The translations under genes were made by a program, and so were the position numbers. From contig CAWFSF010000002.1 in the NCBI GenBank assembly GCA_963818475.1, forward strand, positions 224,001 to 288,000: 64,000 nt of DNA, given 5' to 3'. This document shows, in pieces, positions 58,526 through 64,000 of the stretch; positions within the stretch are counted from its first letter, which is position 1, and each line of letters begins with the position of its first letter. The notes below the pieces were generated by a model. The model ran no database searches, had not been told where the DNA came from, and was given only the letters and a program-made list of their open reading frames with translations. Source of the stretch: Nitrospirota bacterium (GTDB lineage: Bacteria > Nitrospirota > UBA9217).

Positions 58526-58574
58526 TCGAGGCGGCAGCTTTGCCGCTATCTTGTTTTTCTGGGGGGTGACGAAC

Positions 58575-58673
58575 ATGCTGAAACGCATCACTGTTGTAAA
58601 AAGGGGCGTCGGGAAGTTCGGCGGCGCCACAATTGGTTGCTGTATCGCTGGATCAGGACAGAATAAAAAATAG
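58575..58673 (+). CDS. 32-aa putative RiPP precursor (geopeptide-like), MLKRITVVKRGVGKFGGATIGCCIAGSGQNKK
   Basis: Translated by hand, below ORF-track cutoff; GGGGGTG SD upstream; Cys-Cys core; directly upstream of a SPASM radical SAM gene. Confidence 0.8.
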   Translation: MLKRITVVKRGVGKFGGATIGCCIAGSGQNKK

Positions 58674-58689
58674 ACGTCCGCTTTGACCT

Positions 58690-58721
58690 GAAGGAGGGTG
58701 AAAACCCTCCTTCCCCTTTTT
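58690..58721 (+). terminator. Hairpin between precursor peptide and maturase genes
   Basis: gaaggaggg-tgaaaa-ccctccttc followed by ccc and T5. Confidence 0.65.
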
Positions 58722-58741
58722 CAGGGAGCTATTCATAAACC

Positions 58742-60039
58742 ATGCCTTTCTCGACCTACTCCATACAGATCGATCATCCTGATGACCCTGATCAGGTGGT
58801 CCTTTTCTCGACCAGGACAGCTGCAACCGTCAACCTCCATCGCGACGTAATCAAGGACATCGAGGCAGGGCGCCTTTCTTCCGACGAGCGAGAAACACTC
58901 AGCGAACTCGGCATCGTCGTCCCGGATCTGAAGGACGAACGCGAGGAGATGCGTTCATACGTTGACGATATGAATGCTGCGAGCAAAACGCTTACGGTTA
59001 CCCTGGTCATGAGCCTGGACTGTAATCTTGCGTGCCCCTACTGTTTCGAAGGGACGCGCAAAGGGAAATATTATCTGTCTGAAGAAACTGCTAATGATTT
59101 TCTTCGCTTCATCGGCAACAGGCTTACGGAACTGGATGAACTTAATATCAGATTTTATGGCGGCGAACCTCTTCTGAGCTTCGACATGATCTACCGCATC
59201 GCCCGGGAGCTGTCAAAGTCCGCGTGCGAAGCACAAGGTAACATTCAGCTTCGGTTTCGTCACAAACGGAACGCTCTTGACTCGACCTGTTGTGGAGAAA
59301 CTTAAACCTCTCGGACTGAAGTCCGCATATGTCACTCTCGACGGACCACGGGAGATGCACGACATGTCGCGGCCCTTCAAAAACGGCAGCGGGTCGTTCA
59401 ATACGATCATCGGCAATCTCCGGAACGTCTCCGACCTGATCGAGCTCCATCTCGGCGGGAATTATTTGCAGGCGAATTACCGGGAGTTCCCGCGCATGCT
59501 CGACTTCCTGATTGCGCAACGGCTTGGGCCTGACGTGGTCTCCTTAATGAGCTTCAGCCCCATCATGAATGAGGATGCGAAGTTCTGCCCCGATTATCAC
59601 GACGGCTGCTCGAATGAAAACGAACCCTGGGTCGCGGAGGCCGGGCTTTACCTCAGGCGGGAAATACTTGCCCGCGGCTATCGCACCGATGAAGTGCTGC
59701 CAACAGTCTGCATGCTTGAACGTCACGATCATCTGGTCGTCAACTGGGACGGCGTGCCTGTACAAATGCCCGGGCTTGATCGGGCGAAAGGAATATGGCG
59801 CCGGCACGCTAAAATCGGGTTTGCTTGACTACACCGCGACTCACGACCTCGGAAACTGGAAGAACGAGGAATGTCTTAGCTGCAAGTATCTTCCGCTCTG
59901 CTTCGGCGGATGCAGACAAACGAAATTGATCTGCGAGGGCACGATGAAAGGCATTGAGTGCAAAAAAGAATTTTTCGACAAGACGCTTGAAGCGCTTGTG
60001 CTGCAGGACATAGAATACAGCAAGGCACCCGAAAGTTAA
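58742..60039 (+). CDS. Radical SAM/SPASM peptide maturase (frameshifts near 59215 and 59755)
   Basis: CNLACPYC, FYGGEPLL, VTNGTLL, VTLDG; SPASM VCM...LYKC...CLSCKYLPLCFGGC...C; ~80-aa N-terminal RRE-sized extension. Confidence 0.9.
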
Positions 60040-60101
60040 TCGTATTTTCGACTGGTGGATTCTACCACTTTTTGGTATGATACCTCTGTGGTTATTCCCT
60101 C

Positions 60102-61023
60102 ATGAATATCGTTTCCCGGAACACGCTTCAACCTTCCCCTGAAAACGCTGCTTATCGCAGCCCCGCTCGTGGTGCGTCTGTTCGCTGCCCCGCTCCCAGC
60201 CCTTGCCTCTGACGTTCTTATTATAAAAGACGCCGACATAAAACTCTACCAGGAGGCCATCCAGGGGTTCCAAAAAACGTGCGACTGCAGCGTGCGCGAA
60301 ATGGATCTTTCGGACCTGGATGCGATCGAGACGGCTCTCAAAGCGAAGCCGGACGCTGTTGTTGCTTTGGGTACGCAGGCGCTCAGAAGAACCAGGACGA
60401 TCAGGAATGTTCCGCTGATCTATGCCATGGTGATGCCCTCCGAGGCCGCCGAAGCCACCGGAGGGAATGTGTCCGGCGTAAGCATGGACATTGCTCCGGC
60501 AGAATACCTCGCCGCCATGGCAGGCCTGTTCCCCGACGCAAAAAGGATCGGAGTACTCTTTAACCCGGACCAGACCGGTCCGTACGTCAAGGATGCTTCG
60601 CTTGCTGCGCGTAAAAATGATATCTCGCTGATCCTGAAGCCGGTCAGCAATGCGCGCAAGGCGCCTGCGCTTCTCAATGAACTGCGGGGAAAGATAGACG
60701 TCTTGTGGATGCTGCCGGACACGACGATCTTGAATTCCGAAATGGTCGATGCCATACTGCTGTTTTCCTTCCAGCATAACGTTCCGGTATTTTCCTTTTC
60801 AAAAAAATATGTGCAAATGGGCGCTGTGGCTGCACTAACCATCGACGCCCGGACTATAGGCAAACAGGCAGGTGAACTGGCCCGGAGCCTGCTCCAGAAT
60901 GGCAACGGTCCCCTGCGGGCCTATGCCACGAACCCCCGTCTGATCGTAAACACGAAAGTCGGCGCAAAATTAGGAGTACGGATCAATGGCGAACTTTTCC
61001 AAAATGCTGAAAAAGTGGAGTAA
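60102..61023 (+). CDS. ABC-type periplasmic substrate-binding protein (probable frameshift near 60115)
   Basis: Signal ending ALA; PDAVVALGT.A, NVSGVSM, KRIGVLFNP, DVLWMLPD, YVQMGA..A, GKQAGELA. Confidence 0.8.
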
Positions 61024-61027
61024 CGGC

Positions 61028-62407
61028 ATGCATGTTTTCGGCAGAAACAGCCTGGGTTTCAGGCTGATCAGCGTATTCATTGCCATTATCGTGATCGTGA
61101 TCTTGTCGATTTCGGTTTTCTCCATCGCCCGATGGAGGAACAACGCGCTTGCGACGCTCAGAAGCAAGGGCGCGACCATGACCAGGCTCCTTTCTGTGAG
61201 CGCGCGGATCGGCATTTTTTCCGAGAACGTAGACCAGCTCAAAGAAGCTGCGGACAGCTATATCGCAGTACGGGATGTTCTTTTTATCGGCATCTACAAT
61301 GCCGACAGGAAGCCGCTGTACCTCTCCGATCCGGCTTTTCCCGGCAGCGACACCATTTCGGAAAGCGGAGCAAAACCTCGAAGGGAGCCGGCTGCGCAAA
61401 CTGAAGGCCTGACACAGGAATTCTCAAGGCCGGTAACGCTCACCCTGTTTTCGAATGAAGCAGCGTCGCTCTACCTCGGCGACGGCGATACGGGTTCGAA
61501 AGAGCAGGTGATAGGATACGTTAAGCTCGTGCTGGGCCAGGAATCCTTGCGCCATGAGATCAATAGGATCCTGGTGCAAAATGCGATCATCGCCCTTCTC
61601 TTCATCTGCCTGAGCATCGTGATCGTGTCCCTCTGGGTGAAGAAGATCACGAAACCTCTTGAAACGCTGACACGGGAAGTCAAGGCCCTGGGCAAGGGAA
61701 GCGATGTCCCGTACGTGCCGGTCCAGAGCATGGATGAGGTCGGCAGGCTCGCAACCGAGTTCAACTCCATGCTCGATGAACGAAAGATCGCGGAACAAAC
61801 TCGCAAAAATATCCTGAGAGACCTGCATGACGGCGTCGGCGGCATGATGACGAACATCGTCATCCTCTCGGAGATCAACCGGGCCAAGCCGCTGCCCGAG
61901 GAGATCGCCAAAGCATTCGCCACGATTTCCGCGCTGTCACGCGACGGTATTGCCGAGATCAGGAGCCTGATCTATAGTCTCGACCGGAACGATCTGAACT
62001 GGCCCTCGCTTATCGCGGAGATGAGAAGCCTGGGCTATAAGATGACTGAACCCCATGCGATCGTTTTCGAAATGACCTCGAAGGTGGAAGAAGGTGTCGC
62101 CGAGCCGGGAAGTTTACTTTGTATGCACCTTTTCAAGATCTATCGCGAGTCGCTCACCAACGCCATCAAACATGCTCAAGCAGCGAAGATCCGCGTGGAA
62201 ATGTCCGTCAGGAATGAGCGGATCCTGCTCGCTGTCCGTGACGACGGGCGGGGCTGCAATACCGCAGAACTGTCCGCTGAAGGCAGGGGCTTCGCCAATA
62301 TGAGATCGCGCGCTGCTGAGATCGGCGGTACCGTGACGATTAACGGCGGCAACGGCACCTGTGTTTCCGTCGACATACCGCTTCCGATAACGTCCGGGCC
62401 GCACTAG
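61028..62407 (+). CDS. Membrane sensor histidine kinase (HAMP, HisKA_3-type, HATPase)
   Basis: Two TM helices, DEVGRLATEFNSM, RDLHDGVG, ESLTNAIKHA, DDGRG, GRGFANMRSRA. Confidence 0.9.
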   Translation: MHVFGRNSLGFRLISVFIAIIVIVILSISVFSIARWRNNALATLRSKGATMTRLLSVSARIGIFSENVDQLKEAADSYIAVRDVLFIGIYNADRKPLYLSDPAFPGSDTISESGAKPRREPAAQTEGLTQEFSRPVTLTLFSNEAASLYLGDGDTGSKEQVIGYVKLVLGQESLRHEINRILVQNAIIALLFICLSIVIVSLWVKKITKPLETLTREVKALGKGSDVPYVPVQSMDEVGRLATEFNSMLDERKIAEQTRKNILRDLHDGVGGMMTNIVILSEINRAKPLPEEIAKAFATISALSRDGIAEIRSLIYSLDRNDLNWPSLIAEMRSLGYKMTEPHAIVFEMTSKVEEGVAEPGSLLCMHLFKIYRESLTNAIKHAQAAKIRVEMSVRNERILLAVRDDGRGCNTAELSAEGRGFANMRSRAAEIGGTVTINGGNGTCVSVDIPLPITSGPH

Positions 62408-62511
62408 CCGGCGTGCGCTAACCAGCGGGTCCTGAACGACGCTCATAAACCGCGCCATGACCCTGGGCAAACAAGGATCATCGGGAATGGGAGATTTCAA
62501 ATACTGAGTTC

Positions 62512-64000
62512 CTAGTTATTTTTTTCCTTCAGCTCCAGAAACCGCTTCAGCTCTCCCTTCAATTTCCGGGGAACTGTTATCGGCTTCGAGCACCGCTTGC
62601 CGGCGCAGAGATACGCTGCTTCCCTCTTCGGATATCCCAGCTTTTTTATCAGATCACCATCTTTTGCGATCGAAAGCACTCTGACAGATTTTTTCGGCAC
62701 GTAAACGCCTCTGATCGCTGCAAGGTATGCTCTTGCTGTTTTTCCTTTCGCGATGACCGCTATCTCGACCGGGTCCTCCACTGCCCACAGGAGCGCGTTG
62801 CCATAGGCAGCGGCATTCGGCGTAAAGTCCTGAGCGGTCCCGCGTAAAACAGCAAGCGCCTCATCGCGGATCTTTTTTTGTTCCTGAATCTCCTCAACAA
62901 AGAGCATCCTTCCGAGAAACCGGAGAGCCCGATAGTTGGCAAGATCATCGTTCACCTTTGACAAAACACCGGGAGCGATCGGCGCGGCGATCGGTGCAGC
63001 AAGCGACTGCCGGAATCGCTTCGCATTTGCATCATAGAACCTGCTCAGGATAAGCACGTTGATCTCTTTAGCCGCCTGCAAGTAGCGCCTCTCGCCTGTT
63101 GCGCCATACAGGTCGAGCAGGGCCGATCCGGCGAGCGCGTTGTCGGACAAAAGACCGTCAAGGTGGCCCGTTCCGTTGCGGGCGAAATGATAAACTCCCG
63201 CGTCTTTGCCAAACAGCTTTTCCAGCAGATAGTCTGCGCCCTTCCTTGCCATGTCAAGATATTGTTGCTCGCCAACGGCACCATGCGCCGCGACCAGTGC
63301 GCTGATCATGAGCGACGACGAATCGGCATACACCGTCCTGTCGACAGCAGGCTTCTCCATTCCCTTCCGCTTCCGGCTCTGGTAGTACGCTTCGTCGGCA
63401 TCCTGGCTGCCGAAGAACGCACCGCTTGCCGCGTCATAGAGGTTCAGCCGGACGTACCGGATGCACTTCCGGGCGATCTTCTTATATTCGCTGCTTTCGA
63501 AGACCAGGGAGGCTTCCGCATAGTTCCTGATCATGCCGGCATTCACCTCGAGCATCTTTTCATAGTGCGGTTCCGACCAGTCCGGTATCGTGGCATAGCG
63601 AAAGAACCCGCCTTCGACATGGTCAAAGAGCCCGCCCTGTGCCATATGATCGAGGGTCGTGGTCACGATCCGTTTGACCAAGGGGTTCTTTCGCTCCGCA
63701 TATCGCGCAAGAAGAAGATCGATAGACTCCGGACTGGGGAACTTCTGGCCTGTGCCAAAACCGCCATGCTTTTCATCAAAAGCATCTGCAACAACCATGA
63801 CGATCGCCCGCAGGTCTTCTTCGCCGGGTGCGCTTGCGGCCTCTGCCGCGGGAAGCTCGTGCTGCGCCATGGCAGTCCTTGTTTCCTCGATCCAGCCCGT
63901 GATAGTGCCGCGGTCATTTTCGAAGATGTCGGAGAGCCGCTTCAATCTCCCGAGCATGTCGTCCGGTGTGATATAGGTGCCTCCGGTGAGGACCTCACCC
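62512..64000 (-). CDS. YyaL/SSP411-like thioredoxin-domain protein (5' end outside window)
   Basis: TGGTY, FDEKHGGFG..KFP, GGLFDHVEGGFFRYAT..WSEPHYEKML, FFGSQDAD. Confidence 0.85.
   Translation of the reverse strand, partial: GEVLTGGTYITPDDMLGRLKRLSDIFENDRGTITGWIEETRTAMAQHELPAAEAASAPGEEDLRAIVMVVADAFDEKHGGFGTGQKFPSPESIDLLLARYAERKNPLVKRIVTTTLDHMAQGGLFDHVEGGFFRYATIPDWSEPHYEKMLEVNAGMIRNYAEASLVFESSEYKKIARKCIRYVRLNLYDAASGAFFGSQDADEAYYQSRKRKGMEKPAVDRTVYADSSSLMISALVAAHGAVGEQQYLDMARKGADYLLEKLFGKDAGVYHFARNGTGHLDGLLSDNALAGSALLDLYGATGERRYLQAAKEINVLILSRFYDANAKRFRQSLAAPIAAPIAPGVLSKVNDDLANYRALRFLGRMLFVEEIQEQKKIRDEALAVLRGTAQDFTPNAAAYGNALLWAVEDPVEIAVIAKGKTARAYLAAIRGVYVPKKSVRVLSIAKDGDLIKKLGYPKREAAYLCAGKRCSKPITVPRKLKGELKRFLELKEKNN

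Overview
A core chromosomal region of a GC-rich anaerobic bacterium with dissimilatory sulfur metabolism; gene style and order suggest Nitrospirota or Desulfobacterota (inference, not verified). From left to right it contains: part of the F-type ATP synthase operon (atpF'-F-H-A-G-D), uvrA, nadB, an L,D-transpeptidase, an orphan binding-protein/sensor pair, a glutaredoxin with an FTR-like subunit, a CDF transporter, a short accessory patch, recQ, two aldolases and guaA, three YkgJ paralogues, an adk-sat-aprBA-qmoABC-CBS-hppA cluster, and rho-rpmE-prfA-prmC-murA-hisD-hisG. The most interesting locus is at about 56.4-62.4 kb: a TonB-dependent receptor, an unannotated 32-aa Cys-Cys peptide (58575-58673), a radical SAM/SPASM maturase, a periplasmic binding protein and a histidine kinase, which together look like a RiPP-based peptide signalling circuit. 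Many intergenic gaps carry inverted 7-nt or 9-nt periodic repeats and GTAG-type REPs. About 24 genes, including essential ones, are split by small indels, most likely long-read consensus errors, so coordinates of split genes were stitched by eye. No tRNA, rRNA, CRISPR array or transposase was recognised.
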